Shown piece after piece: positions 1 through 9,905 of a stretch of 64,000 bases of DNA. The notes beneath the pieces were generated by a model that was not told the DNA's origin, did not search any database, and saw only the letters and a list, made by a program, of their open reading frames with translations. Location: contig QCDI01000001.1 of assembly GCA_003280965.1 (NCBI GenBank), positions 128,001 to 192,000 on the forward strand, given 5' to 3'. How positions within the stretch are numbered: the stretch's first letter is position 1; every line of letters starts with the position of its first letter. The stretch comes from Prochlorococcus sp. AG-355-B18. Lineage in GTDB: Bacteria; Cyanobacteriota; Cyanobacteriia; PCC-6307; Cyanobiaceae. The position numbers and the translations under genes are program-made.

Positions 1-40
1 CAGATTATATGGTCCTCTAATCAAAGCATTAAAGAAATAA
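1..40 (+). CDS. recC: 3' end of an upstream gene (..RLYGPLIKALKK*), probably exodeoxyribonuclease V gamma subunit
   Basis: Open frame from nt 2 to TAA at 38-40. Identity inferred only from its position ahead of recB-recD. Confidence 0.45.
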   Translation, partial: RLYGPLIKALKK

Positions 41-42
41 AA

Positions 43-516
43 ATGTCACAATTTCAGTTAAAAAATTTTTTTAAAGCTGCTTATGATCTAATGCTTGTTC
101 TTTTACAGTTCTTTATTATTAGTCTTCATTTTTTTCAATGGGAATTTATTCCACAGAATCAAATAATTAAAGCAAGTCCTTTTTCTTATTTCCTGGGTAT
201 TTTAATTATAATAATCGCTTTCATAATAATGTTAGTTTCAATTAAAGATTTAGGTAGAAATTTATCCCCTTTCCCAAGACCTATAAATAATAGCAAACTA
301 GTTACTACAGGTATTTATCGATTTACCCGTCATCCTATGTACTATTCTTTAATATTTATTTCCATTGGAGTATTTATAATAAAATTATCTATTTATTATT
401 TATTTTTGACAATAAGTTTAGCTTTAATAATTAAATTTAAGATTACCTTGGAAGAGAAATATTTAATGAATGAATTTAAGAATTACCTACTTTATAAAAA
501 TAAGGTAAAAGTTTAA
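43..516 (+). CDS. Isoprenylcysteine carboxylmethyltransferase (ICMT/STE14/PEMT)-family membrane methyltransferase
   Basis: Several TM helices, LVTTGIYRFTRHPMY motif, C-terminal EEKYL...F..Y..Y...V. Confidence 0.85.
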   Translation: MSQFQLKNFFKAAYDLMLVLLQFFIISLHFFQWEFIPQNQIIKASPFSYFLGILIIIIAFIIMLVSIKDLGRNLSPFPRPINNSKLVTTGIYRFTRHPMYYSLIFISIGVFIIKLSIYYLFLTISLALIIKFKITLEEKYLMNEFKNYLLYKNKVKV

Positions 517-528
517 TTAAATAAAGAA

Positions 529-3500
529 ATGGATATAAATCAAATTAAATTAGATAATAATTTTAAATTAGTTGAAGCAAGTGCAGGAACTGGTAAAAGT
601 TTTACTTTGGCTCACATGGTTTTAAGAAATGTTTTGGAGAAAAAAGTTAATCCAGATGAGATTCTCTTGCTAAGTTTTACTAAAAATACTTGTTCTGAAT
701 TAAGAGATAAAATACTATCGAGATTTCATAATTTAAAATTATATTTGCAAACACATAATGAAAGTAAGATAGATAATACTCTGAAGGATTGGTATCTAAA
801 TTTTAAGGATAAAGATAAATCTAAGGAAAAAATAATTTCCGATATTGACAATTTTATAAATCAATTCTATAAGTTAAAAGTAACTACGTTCCATGCTTTT
901 TGTAATAATATTATTGATGAATATAGTATTGAAATAGGTGTAACTCAAGATCCATATATTGAGAATAATATTGATAATTTGTATAAAGATGTAATAGATA
1001 ATTTGTGGATTGATGATTTTCTGAATCTTAATCATCAGCTTATTTCAGCAGTAAACAAAAAAAAAATTAGTTCTAGATTTGGAAGTAGGATTAATAAGTC
1101 ATTTTTTGTAGAAATTTTAAAAAATATAGATCAAGAAAATATCTGTAAATTTCAAATAAATAATAAATATAAGATTATTGATTTAAATAATTATTTTAAT
1201 GAATTTTTTTATTTAAATTGGAATGAGTTTTGTTTTGAATGGAATAAGAAAGGTAAGGAATTATTTCTACAACTTATAGAGTTGGGAAAATTAATTAAGG
1301 AGAGTGGCGGAAAAAGTCAAATATATGCTGCAAAACCAAGAAATGATAAGTTTAATCAAATAAATTGTTGGATTGAAGAGATTAACAAAAAGCTTAATTC
1401 CCAAAATGTAGTTGATTTTATATATGATATTTCTAAGGATGATCTTTTATCTAAATATTTTTACATTGAAAATATATCTAAAGAAATTAATAAACATAAT
1501 CTAAAATTAGATCTTACTAAATTTAATTTATTGCAAGATAAAATTTATAAAATAAAAGAAGGTTTCTTTACTGAATTTGTAAGAATATTTACCCAATTAG
1601 CTTATATAAAATTAATTGATTTAAAGACAAGTTTTTCTATTTTCAACTTTAATGATCTTATAAAGACAGTAGAAAATACATTTCTAGATTCGGAAATTAG
1701 TAATAGTAATACTCTATCTAAACTTCAAAAAAGATTTAAATGTGTCTTAGTTGATGAGTTCCAAGATACAGATATTACTCAGTGGAATTTAATAAAAAAG
1801 TTCTTTAATACAAAAAATCATTTTTTACTTTGCGTAGGTGATCCAAAACAAGCGATTTACAAATTTAGAGGTGGAGATATTGAAACTTACTTAGATGCAA
1901 GATCTAAAGCAATCGAAGTTTTTAGTCTTACAGATAACTATAGATCCTCAAAAAAGTTAATCGAAGTTCTTAATAAACTTTATAAGAATGGACTCAAACA
2001 ATCTAAACTAAAATATAGTAAATTAACCTCAAGAATTAATGAAAATATTAATCCTGAATTTAAATTTAAGGATGTATTTGAAATTGTAGAATTTTCAAAA
2101 AAAGAGACTAATATAGAGGATCTTGTAACTCATTACATAGTTAACTTTATTTTAAATAATAAAGAAATTGATATTAATAAAATTGCGATTCTTACATTAA
2201 ATAATTCGCAATGCTTAGATTTTAAAAAAAAATTAAATCAGTTTAATCTCCCATGCAAAATTCAAAATAAACAAAATATTTTTGATACAGAAGCAAGTTC
2301 TCTACTATTTTTATTCATTGAATGCTTATTAAATCCAAGATCTTTAAAAAATATAACTTTGCTTGCTACTTCAAAATTTATAGAAATAAAATTAGAAGAT
2401 TTACTTGATCATGGAATTAGTAATAATTTAGAAATTTTAATTAATAAATGCATTATTTGGTCCCAAGAACTAAGAGAAAAAGGTTTTTTAAACATTGTTA
2501 ATGAACTACTGATAAACTACAAGTCATCCTCGATTATTCAAGATTCAGATTTAAATTCAAATTTATTTCAACTTTCAGAAATTGTTGAAATAGAATTAAT
2601 AAATAATGATTTTGATCTTAATATAGTCTTCAACTGGTATAAAAATCAGTTAGATCATATTTTAAGAACTTCTACTGGAGAAGAATTTTTCACGAAAGAT
2701 TATAATCTTCAAAATGGAATAAATCTTTCAACCATTCACAGTAGTAAGGGCCTCGAATTTGAAATAGTCCTATGTCCATATCTCGCAATTATTTCAAATA
2801 AGTCAAATAAAATTAAAGGACCTCTTTGGAAATCAACTATTGATAGAAATATATACCTTAATATTTCTAATAATTATGCGAAGGTTGAAAAATTTAAATT
2901 GATAGAAGAAGAAGATTTATTTAAAGAGAGTGAGAGGTTAATTTATGTAGCACTTACAAGGAGCAAATATAAACTTATTGTTTTTAATGATTTAGAGGAT
3001 ACAAATAATATTTTAAATAATGATTTACTTAATAATTTGGAAAATATTAATATTTATAAGTCTACTTTTGAAGTCAGGATAGAAAAAGAGAAAATAAAAG
3101 AAATTTTTTCTAAGTTCCAAACCAACCGATTGAATAATAATCTTTGGAAAATAGATAACGTTAATAAAAAAATATCTAGTGTATTTAATTCTGATCAATT
3201 TATTTCTTATTCAAGTTATTCTTCTTGGATACGTAAAGATAAAAATATTGATGCAGTCATTAATCAATATAAGGATTATGAAGATAATATATCAATTATC
3301 AAAGATTCTAATTTTAAGAATTCAAAAAATTATCCTAATTATTTTTCTTATCCAAATCCCTTAAGTGAATTTCCAAAAGGAACTATTGCTGGAACTTGCC
3401 TGCACAAAATAATAGAAAGATTTGAATTTAGAAACGATAATAATCACGAATTAATTGATTTAATAATTGAGGAATTGAACTTTCATCAAATCGATACTTC

Positions 3501-4155
3501 TTTGGCTTTTAAAGTAAAAGATGCGATTTTAAGAATCATAAATATATCTTTAGGAAGAGAATTACAAAATAAGAAACTAGTTGATATTCCAAATGAATAC
3601 TTAATTAAGGAAGTTAAATATGATTTAACCCTATCTTATGAAGGTAGAAATATTAATTCTAATGATATATCAAATTGCTTTTTTTTAGATCAGGAATATG
3701 AATTTGGTGAAGAATATGCAAATAGAATAAATGATCTTCAAATTATGAATAAAGGCTTTCATTCAGGATGTATTGATTGTGTTTTCCCTGTAGGAAATAA
3801 ATTAGAAGACAGTAAATGGTGGGTAATTGATTGGAAAAGTAATTTGATTTCTGGTAGTGATAATAGTGATTGTTTACCAAGAAACTATAACTATGAAAAT
3901 ATGAGAAATGAAATGATTAAACATCATTATCCATTGCAATCTCATCTTTATTTATTAGCATTACATAGATTATTAAAGTGGCGACTTAAAAATTATCAAC
4001 CACATAAACATCTAGGAGGATACATTTATTTGTTTTTAAAGGGATTGCCAGATTTTGAATTATTTGAAAAATCTAAGTCTGAAGATATATCTCCAGGTAT
4101 TTTTATTAGCAAAGCACCTTTAAAAAGAATTAATTATTTAGATAACCTTTTTTAG
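529..4155 (+). CDS. recB: Exodeoxyribonuclease V beta subunit (UvrD-like helicase plus nuclease)
   Basis: EASAGTGKS Walker A, VDEFQDTD, VGDPKQAIYKFRG, TIHSSKGLEF, YVALTR. Nuclease motifs GTCLH, GCID, IDWKSN, YPLQSHLY. Confidence 0.93.
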   Translation: MDINQIKLDNNFKLVEASAGTGKSFTLAHMVLRNVLEKKVNPDEILLLSFTKNTCSELRDKILSRFHNLKLYLQTHNESKIDNTLKDWYLNFKDKDKSKEKIISDIDNFINQFYKLKVTTFHAFCNNIIDEYSIEIGVTQDPYIENNIDNLYKDVIDNLWIDDFLNLNHQLISAVNKKKISSRFGSRINKSFFVEILKNIDQENICKFQINNKYKIIDLNNYFNEFFYLNWNEFCFEWNKKGKELFLQLIELGKLIKESGGKSQIYAAKPRNDKFNQINCWIEEINKKLNSQNVVDFIYDISKDDLLSKYFYIENISKEINKHNLKLDLTKFNLLQDKIYKIKEGFFTEFVRIFTQLAYIKLIDLKTSFSIFNFNDLIKTVENTFLDSEISNSNTLSKLQKRFKCVLVDEFQDTDITQWNLIKKFFNTKNHFLLCVGDPKQAIYKFRGGDIETYLDARSKAIEVFSLTDNYRSSKKLIEVLNKLYKNGLKQSKLKYSKLTSRINENINPEFKFKDVFEIVEFSKKETNIEDLVTHYIVNFILNNKEIDINKIAILTLNNSQCLDFKKKLNQFNLPCKIQNKQNIFDTEASSLLFLFIECLLNPRSLKNITLLATSKFIEIKLEDLLDHGISNNLEILINKCIIWSQELREKGFLNIVNELLINYKSSSIIQDSDLNSNLFQLSEIVEIELINNDFDLNIVFNWYKNQLDHILRTSTGEEFFTKDYNLQNGINLSTIHSSKGLEFEIVLCPYLAIISNKSNKIKGPLWKSTIDRNIYLNISNNYAKVEKFKLIEEEDLFKESERLIYVALTRSKYKLIVFNDLEDTNNILNNDLLNNLENINIYKSTFEVRIEKEKIKEIFSKFQTNRLNNNLWKIDNVNKKISSVFNSDQFISYSSYSSWIRKDKNIDAVINQYKDYEDNISIIKDSNFKNSKNYPNYFSYPNPLSEFPKGTIAGTCLHKIIERFEFRNDNNHELIDLIIEELNFHQIDTSLAFKVKDAILRIINISLGRELQNKKLVDIPNEYLIKEVKYDLTLSYEGRNINSNDISNCFFLDQEYEFGEEYANRINDLQIMNKGFHSGCIDCVFPVGNKLEDSKWWVIDWKSNLISGSDNSDCLPRNYNYENMRNEMIKHHYPLQSHLYLLALHRLLKWRLKNYQPHKHLGGYIYLFLKGLPDFELFEKSKSEDISPGIFISKAPLKRINYLDNLF

Positions 4156-4156
4156 A

Positions 4157-5860
4157 ATGACTAAAACTAATACAGATATTGAAAGGTTCCAATACGATCA
4201 TATATTTAATTTAATCTTAAGTATTTTCAAATTTAGTGAAAAAAAATATGGAAATTTCGTAAAAGATGTAATAAGAATTTTATTAGAGTTTGAAAAAAAT
4301 GGTGAAACTATTATTGATGTTGATAATAGTTTAATAATCTTTGAATTATTAGAAGATGGCTGGCCCAATAAACATATAGATGTTCTAGAAAATATAGGTT
4401 TGATTGGTTCCCTTAATTCTCCATTCGTATTAGTAAATAGAAAATTATCCTTATCAAAATGGTCAAAAAAGATAGAAAGAGTTATCAATTCATTTCTAAA
4501 AAAAATAGATACCGATAATTTAATAAACTCAATAATTTATAAAGATGATAATAAAATTGATCAAATTAAAAATATATTTAAATATTCAAACTTAGTTTTC
4601 CTTCAAGGAGGACCAGGTACGGGTAAATCCACTTTGATAATAAAGTTAATACTAGAACTCCTTCAAGTTGATAACTTTTTAAATATAGGTTTGTCTGCTC
4701 CAACTGGTAAAGCTACAGCTCGTTTAAAAGAAGCTCTTAATGATAAAAAAAATATTTCCTTTAGCAAATTTCTAGACCAAATAGAATTTCAAACTTTACA
4801 TAGATGGATTTTAAATTCTCAAAATAAATCTCTTAAGTTGAAATTTAAACTAAAAGAGCTTGATATTTTCATAATTGATGAAATGTCAATGGTTAATATC
4901 GATTTGATTGAATCAGTTTTAAATTTGCTAGCAAAGGACTGTAAAATTATTTTAGTTGGAGATAAAAATCAATTGTCTCCAGTAAATAACTGTTCTATAT
5001 GGAATTATTTGTTTGAATATTCCGATAATAGTTCAATTAAATCTTGTGAAGTAAATTTAGAAAAAACTTATAGAAATACTGGAGATATAGCATTAATTAG
5101 TAGTTTAATATTTAATAATGATTTTTCTTTACTTAATCAAAAGATAAAAGATTTAGAAAAAGATAATAATTCAAAAGAAATTACTATTTCAAAGAGTAAA
5201 GAAAAAGATATTCCAAAAGATCTATTATTTTCGATTACAAGTCATCTAAAACAGTTAAATATTTCAACTTCAAATTTAAGTAAAAAAAAATATATATTTG
5301 ATGAGAGTATTGATAATTTATTGATTAATGAAAAAGATTTAGTAGATAAGATATTTCTGGATTTACAAAGTCACTTGATTTTATGCGAAAAAAATTCCGG
5401 AATATGGAGTGTTGAATATTTGAATGAAATAGTTTTTGGTCAAAAAAAACCCTATGACCTTAAAACTCTTAAAGAGGGTGTTCCTATCATGTGTACAAAA
5501 AATAATAATGAACTTGGATTGTCAAATGGGGATATCGGTGTACTTATAGGTTTAAAAAATAAAAGAAAATATCTTTTTAGAAAATTTAATGATAATAACG
5601 AAGAAATTGTTGCATTAATTGATCCATCTAATTTAGAAAATGTTGTACCAGCAATAGCCATTACTATTCATAAATCTCAGGGAAGTGAATCTCAAAAAGT
5701 AAACATTTTGTGGTCCCAAAACTATAGAAGAAATCAATATGTTGAAAAAGAAAAAAAAGATAATCAAAATATCTTTTGCAGAGATAATTTTGAAAGAAGG
5801 TTATTTTATACTGCTATTACAAGAGCGAAAAGATCTTTAAATATATATTATTTAAATTAA
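4157..5860 (+). CDS. recD: Exodeoxyribonuclease V alpha subunit
   Basis: GGPGTGKS, APTGKATARL, IDEMSMV, VGDKNQL, TIHKSQGSE, YTAITRAK. Directly follows recB. Confidence 0.92.
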   Translation: MTKTNTDIERFQYDHIFNLILSIFKFSEKKYGNFVKDVIRILLEFEKNGETIIDVDNSLIIFELLEDGWPNKHIDVLENIGLIGSLNSPFVLVNRKLSLSKWSKKIERVINSFLKKIDTDNLINSIIYKDDNKIDQIKNIFKYSNLVFLQGGPGTGKSTLIIKLILELLQVDNFLNIGLSAPTGKATARLKEALNDKKNISFSKFLDQIEFQTLHRWILNSQNKSLKLKFKLKELDIFIIDEMSMVNIDLIESVLNLLAKDCKIILVGDKNQLSPVNNCSIWNYLFEYSDNSSIKSCEVNLEKTYRNTGDIALISSLIFNNDFSLLNQKIKDLEKDNNSKEITISKSKEKDIPKDLLFSITSHLKQLNISTSNLSKKKYIFDESIDNLLINEKDLVDKIFLDLQSHLILCEKNSGIWSVEYLNEIVFGQKKPYDLKTLKEGVPIMCTKNNNELGLSNGDIGVLIGLKNKRKYLFRKFNDNNEEIVALIDPSNLENVVPAIAITIHKSQGSESQKVNILWSQNYRRNQYVEKEKKDNQNIFCRDNFERRLFYTAITRAKRSLNIYYLN

Positions 5861-5895
5861 ATTTTATTTTTGAGAATAAATTTTATTTTTGAGAA
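5858..5895. repeat. Perfect 2 x 19-bp tandem duplication TAAATTTTATTTTTGAGAA
   Basis: Copies at 5858-5876 (begins with the recD stop codon) and 5877-5895 are identical. Confidence 0.9.
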
Positions 5896-6017
5896 ATTAG
5901 TAATATCTTAACCCTAAGATGTTAGATTAATAATTAGGCTCTGCAAGGCTAGTCAACAATTTAAGTAAATTTAGATATTTGTTGAATGCCTTATCAGAAG
6001 ATCATTGGGCATTTAAA

Positions 6018-7805
6018 ATGGCTTTTAAAAAAGATAGTAATTCTCTTGATAGTGAGCAGGAAAAATCTCAGAATGAAGATGTTTCCCTACTTGAGTTAAA
6101 GAAATTGGAGAACATAGCAGAAATTGAATCTCAAACATTGGAACTATCAAAAGAAAATGAAAATGATAATGAGAATGGATTTCTCGATTTTGGGTTTAAT
6201 AAATCGATCTTAAATTCGCTAAGAAATAAAGGTTACAAAAATCCAACTCCTATCCAAAAAGCTGCAATTCCGGAACTAATGTTAGGCAGAGATTTACTAG
6301 GCCAAGCACAAACAGGAACAGGAAAGACTGCAGCTTTCGCATTACCATTAATAGAAAAACTTGCAGATAATAAAGAATTAAATGCCAAGGTTTTAGTCAT
6401 GACTCCTACTAGAGAATTGGCTACTCAAGTGGCAGAATCTTTTAAAAGTTATAGTTCTGAATCGAGTAATTTTAAGACTGTTGCAATATACGGAGGTACC
6501 GATTATCGAAATCAAATTTCAGCATTGAAAAGAAAAGTTGACGTAGTAGTTGGTACACCTGGCCGAATAATGGATCATATCAGGCAGGGAACTTTTAAAA
6601 TTAAAGACATAAATTGTCTTGTTTTAGATGAGGCGGACGAAATGTTAAATATGGGTTTCCTTGAAGATATTGAATGGATAATAGATCAACTCCCGGAAAA
6701 TAAACAAATGGTATTGTTTTCAGCAACAATGCCTAGTGAGATTAGAAATATTGCAAAAAAATATCTAAATAATCCAGCCGAAATTTTAATCAAAAGTGTC
6801 AAAAAAGAAACTCAATTAATTTCTCAAAAATTTATATATGTACAAAGGCATCATAAGTTAGATGCTTTAAAAAGAATATTAGAAATTAACAACGAGGGAG
6901 TAATAATTTTTGTTAGAACAAAACTACTTACTACTTCAATCGCTGAAGCTTTAGAGAATTCAGGTCATACTGTGGCAGTACTTAATGGAGATATACCTCA
7001 AAATCAAAGAGAAAATACTGTAGATAGATTAAAAAAAGGATTTATTGATATCCTTGTTGCAACTGATGTCGCAGCTAGAGGATTAGATGTAGAGAGGATA
7101 AAACTTGTTGTTAATTACGATTTTCCTTTTGATAAGGAAACATACACTCATAGAATTGGAAGAACGGGAAGGGCAGGTAGATCAGGAGAGGCAATTTTAT
7201 TTGTGAATCAAAGAGAAAAACATTTTCTAAGAAACCTAGAAAACTCAACAAGAACTAAGATTGAAGAAATTAATATACCATGTAATAAAATAATAAATGA
7301 AAAAAGGATGGAGAAACTTATAGATAATGTTAACGATAGTTTTTTAGCTAAAGAAGAAAATGAAGAAAATAAAGCTTTGATTATTGATGTACTAGATAAT
7401 TTAAAAGAAAAACACGCTATGGATGACTCAAATATTGCAATGGCGGCGATTAATTTAGTAATAGGTAATAAAGCATTTTTTGTTAATGAAGATGATTCTT
7501 GGATACATAAACAAAATAATACTGATCGAAATAGATCAAATAGAAATGGTAATAATCGTATGAGAAATTCAAATAGAAGAAATAATTATCAAAATGAATC
7601 TTTTGAAACCTATAAATTTAACTTTGGTAAATTTGATGGGGTTAGAGTTGCAAATATCATATCCTCAATCTGTAATTCAACTAATATAAATGGTAGATCC
7701 ATTGGTAAAATACAGATTTTTAATGATTATAGTTTGGTAGATTTACCAAGAGATCTGCATAGAGAAACTAAAAATAAATTAAAAAAAATTAAAGTCAGAA
7801 ACTAG
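6018..7805 (+). CDS. deaD: DEAD-box RNA helicase, DeaD/CsdA type with C-terminal DbpA-like RNA-binding domain
   Basis: Q motif PTPIQ, AQTGTGKT, PTRELA, DEAD, SAT, HRIGRTGRAG. C-terminal ..GKFDGVRVANI..IGKIQIFNDYSLVDLP. ATG 6018 preferred over TTG 5979. Confidence 0.9.
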   Translation: MAFKKDSNSLDSEQEKSQNEDVSLLELKKLENIAEIESQTLELSKENENDNENGFLDFGFNKSILNSLRNKGYKNPTPIQKAAIPELMLGRDLLGQAQTGTGKTAAFALPLIEKLADNKELNAKVLVMTPTRELATQVAESFKSYSSESSNFKTVAIYGGTDYRNQISALKRKVDVVVGTPGRIMDHIRQGTFKIKDINCLVLDEADEMLNMGFLEDIEWIIDQLPENKQMVLFSATMPSEIRNIAKKYLNNPAEILIKSVKKETQLISQKFIYVQRHHKLDALKRILEINNEGVIIFVRTKLLTTSIAEALENSGHTVAVLNGDIPQNQRENTVDRLKKGFIDILVATDVAARGLDVERIKLVVNYDFPFDKETYTHRIGRTGRAGRSGEAILFVNQREKHFLRNLENSTRTKIEEINIPCNKIINEKRMEKLIDNVNDSFLAKEENEENKALIIDVLDNLKEKHAMDDSNIAMAAINLVIGNKAFFVNEDDSWIHKQNNTDRNRSNRNGNNRMRNSNRRNNYQNESFETYKFNFGKFDGVRVANIISSICNSTNINGRSIGKIQIFNDYSLVDLPRDLHRETKNKLKKIKVRN

Positions 7806-7814
7806 GAATAGAGA

Positions 7815-8108
7815 ATGAAAGCTAGCAAATATAAACTCTTTATCTTTGTAAATCTGATGATCCTATTCAACTCTTTTAATAATTATTATTTAGCCCAAAC
7901 GAAACAAAATTCAATCATAAAATTATTTTGTCTTGAGAGTGTTAAAGAGGAGATGATGAAAGCAGAAATGGTATATAGTGAAAAAATTGCGAATGAAACT
8001 TGTGAATGCTACTACGAAGAATTTACACAAACAGCAAGTCATCAAGATGCAAAAACAAAATGTAAATTAGAAGCTAAAGAAAATTTAAATCTTGATAGAG
8101 AAATATAA
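7815..8108 (+). CDS. Small exported hypothetical protein with 4 Cys
   Basis: Signal-peptide-like N-terminus, C..CEC..C pattern. Confidence 0.7.
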   Translation: MKASKYKLFIFVNLMILFNSFNNYYLAQTKQNSIIKLFCLESVKEEMMKAEMVYSEKIANETCECYYEEFTQTASHQDAKTKCKLEAKENLNLDREI

Positions 8109-8118
8109 TTGTTATTTT

Positions 8119-9891
8119 ATGAGTTCTAACAAAAATCAAAATCCAATAATTAGACTTTATTTGAATCTGATTGAAGAAAGAAGGTTGTTATTTTTTGCTT
8201 TTTTTAGTTCCATAATTAATAAAATATTAGATTTAGCTCCCCCTGTAATAATTGGTCTTGCGGTGGATATCGTTGTTAAGGAACAGAATTCATGGATTGC
8301 TGGATTTGGTATAAAAGAAGTGCCAGCACAATTGATTTTTCTTGCATTTGCTTCAGGAATAGTTTGGTCTGGTGAATCCTCCTTTGAATATTTATATTCG
8401 ATTTTATGGAGAAATTTGGCTCAGCTTTCGCAACATAAATTAAGAATAAAAGCTTATGAGCATATCCAAGAATTAGATATGGATTTTTTTGAAAATGATA
8501 ATACTGGAAGACTATTATCTATTTTGAATGATGACATAAATCAACTCGAGAGATTTCTAGACCAAGGGGCTAATCAGATTATTCAGTTATTTATAACTGT
8601 CTTAATAATTGGGGGCACTATGATTTTTGTTGCTCCAAAAATCGCTTTATTTGCATTCTTTCCTATTCCCATCATATTTTTAGGATCAATTAAATTTCAA
8701 AGGAAGCTTGCTCCAAAATATAGAGATGTTAGAAATAAAGCTGGACTTTTGGCATCAAGACTAAATAATAATTTAAGTGGAATTCTGACAATAAAAAGTT
8801 TTACAAAAGAAAATTGGGAACTAAATAGATTAAATAAAGAAAGTCTCGATTATCAAAGAAGTAATAAGGCTGCAATAAAATTATCTTCCGCTTTTATCCC
8901 TCTCATAAGATTCGCAATTCTATTTGCTTTTATAGCGATTCTATTAATTGGAGGTTTCCAAACTTGGAATAAGACACTTGATGTAGGTACTTATAGTTTT
9001 TTAGTGTTTATTACACAAAGACTATTATGGCCTTTAACTACTTTGGGGCATGTATTAGATGATTTTCAGAGATCTATGGCATCAATAAATAGAGTAATTG
9101 ATCTCATAGATACGCCTATAAAAATAAAAGATGGAAAAATAAAAATTGACCCTAAAGATACTAAAGGAGAAATTATTTTTAATAATGTAAATTTTAATTA
9201 TCCTGGCCGAGATTTAACTTTAAAAAACATAAATTTCAAAATTGAAAATAATTCAACATTAGGAATTGTTGGGTTAACAGGTTCTGGTAAAAGTACAATA
9301 ATTAAAATACTCCTTAGGATTTACGATAGTAATAAAGGCTCAATAACCTTGGATGGAATTTCTATTAAAGAAATTAATTTGAGGGATTTAAGAAAGTGCA
9401 TATCTTTGGTAAGTCAAGAAACTTATTTATTTCATGGCAGCGTACAAGAAAATATAGCTTATGGCTCAATTAATCCAAGTTTTAAAGATATTGTTAAGGC
9501 CTCAAAAATTGCTGAAGCTCATAAATTTATTGAACAATTGCCAGATGGTTATAAAACTATAGTGGGGGAAAGGGGCCAAAGGCTATCAGGAGGTCAACGC
9601 CAAAGAATTGCCTTGGCGAGAGCTGTTTTAAAGGATGCTCCAATATTAATATTAGATGAAGCTACAGCTTCAGTTGATAATGAAACAGAGGCTTTAATTC
9701 AAAAATCGTTATCTAAAATCACAAAAGAAAGAACAACTATAGTAATAGCTCATAGATTAAGCACTATAAAAAAAGCGGATAATATTGTAGTTATTGATAA
9801 AGGTAAAATAGTTGAAAGCGGAAAACATGAAAAACTATTGGAACAGAACAAAATATATGCTGATTTGTGGAATGTTCAAGTAGGATTCTAG
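8119..9891 (+). CDS. ABC exporter, fused permease and ATPase (MsbA/MdlB-like)
   Basis: N-terminal TM domain, GLTGSGKS, LSGGQRQR, ILDEAT, IAHRLST. ATG 8119 preferred over TTG 8092. Confidence 0.92.
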   Translation: MSSNKNQNPIIRLYLNLIEERRLLFFAFFSSIINKILDLAPPVIIGLAVDIVVKEQNSWIAGFGIKEVPAQLIFLAFASGIVWSGESSFEYLYSILWRNLAQLSQHKLRIKAYEHIQELDMDFFENDNTGRLLSILNDDINQLERFLDQGANQIIQLFITVLIIGGTMIFVAPKIALFAFFPIPIIFLGSIKFQRKLAPKYRDVRNKAGLLASRLNNNLSGILTIKSFTKENWELNRLNKESLDYQRSNKAAIKLSSAFIPLIRFAILFAFIAILLIGGFQTWNKTLDVGTYSFLVFITQRLLWPLTTLGHVLDDFQRSMASINRVIDLIDTPIKIKDGKIKIDPKDTKGEIIFNNVNFNYPGRDLTLKNINFKIENNSTLGIVGLTGSGKSTIIKILLRIYDSNKGSITLDGISIKEINLRDLRKCISLVSQETYLFHGSVQENIAYGSINPSFKDIVKASKIAEAHKFIEQLPDGYKTIVGERGQRLSGGQRQRIALARAVLKDAPILILDEATASVDNETEALIQKSLSKITKERTTIVIAHRLSTIKKADNIVVIDKGKIVESGKHEKLLEQNKIYADLWNVQVGF

Positions 9892-9905
9892 TATGAATTT
9901 CTAAA

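Noticed and set aside
1057..1066. A10 homopolymer in recB (another A10 at 61661-61670 in the permease) as a phase-variation tract
   Set aside because: Both genes are in frame, the runs encode Lys stretches, and long A runs are expected in such AT-rich DNA.
5979..6017. N-terminal extension of the DEAD-box helicase from TTG 5979
   Set aside because: ATG 6018 is the more plausible start, and this stretch is better explained as a structured 5' leader. Not proven.
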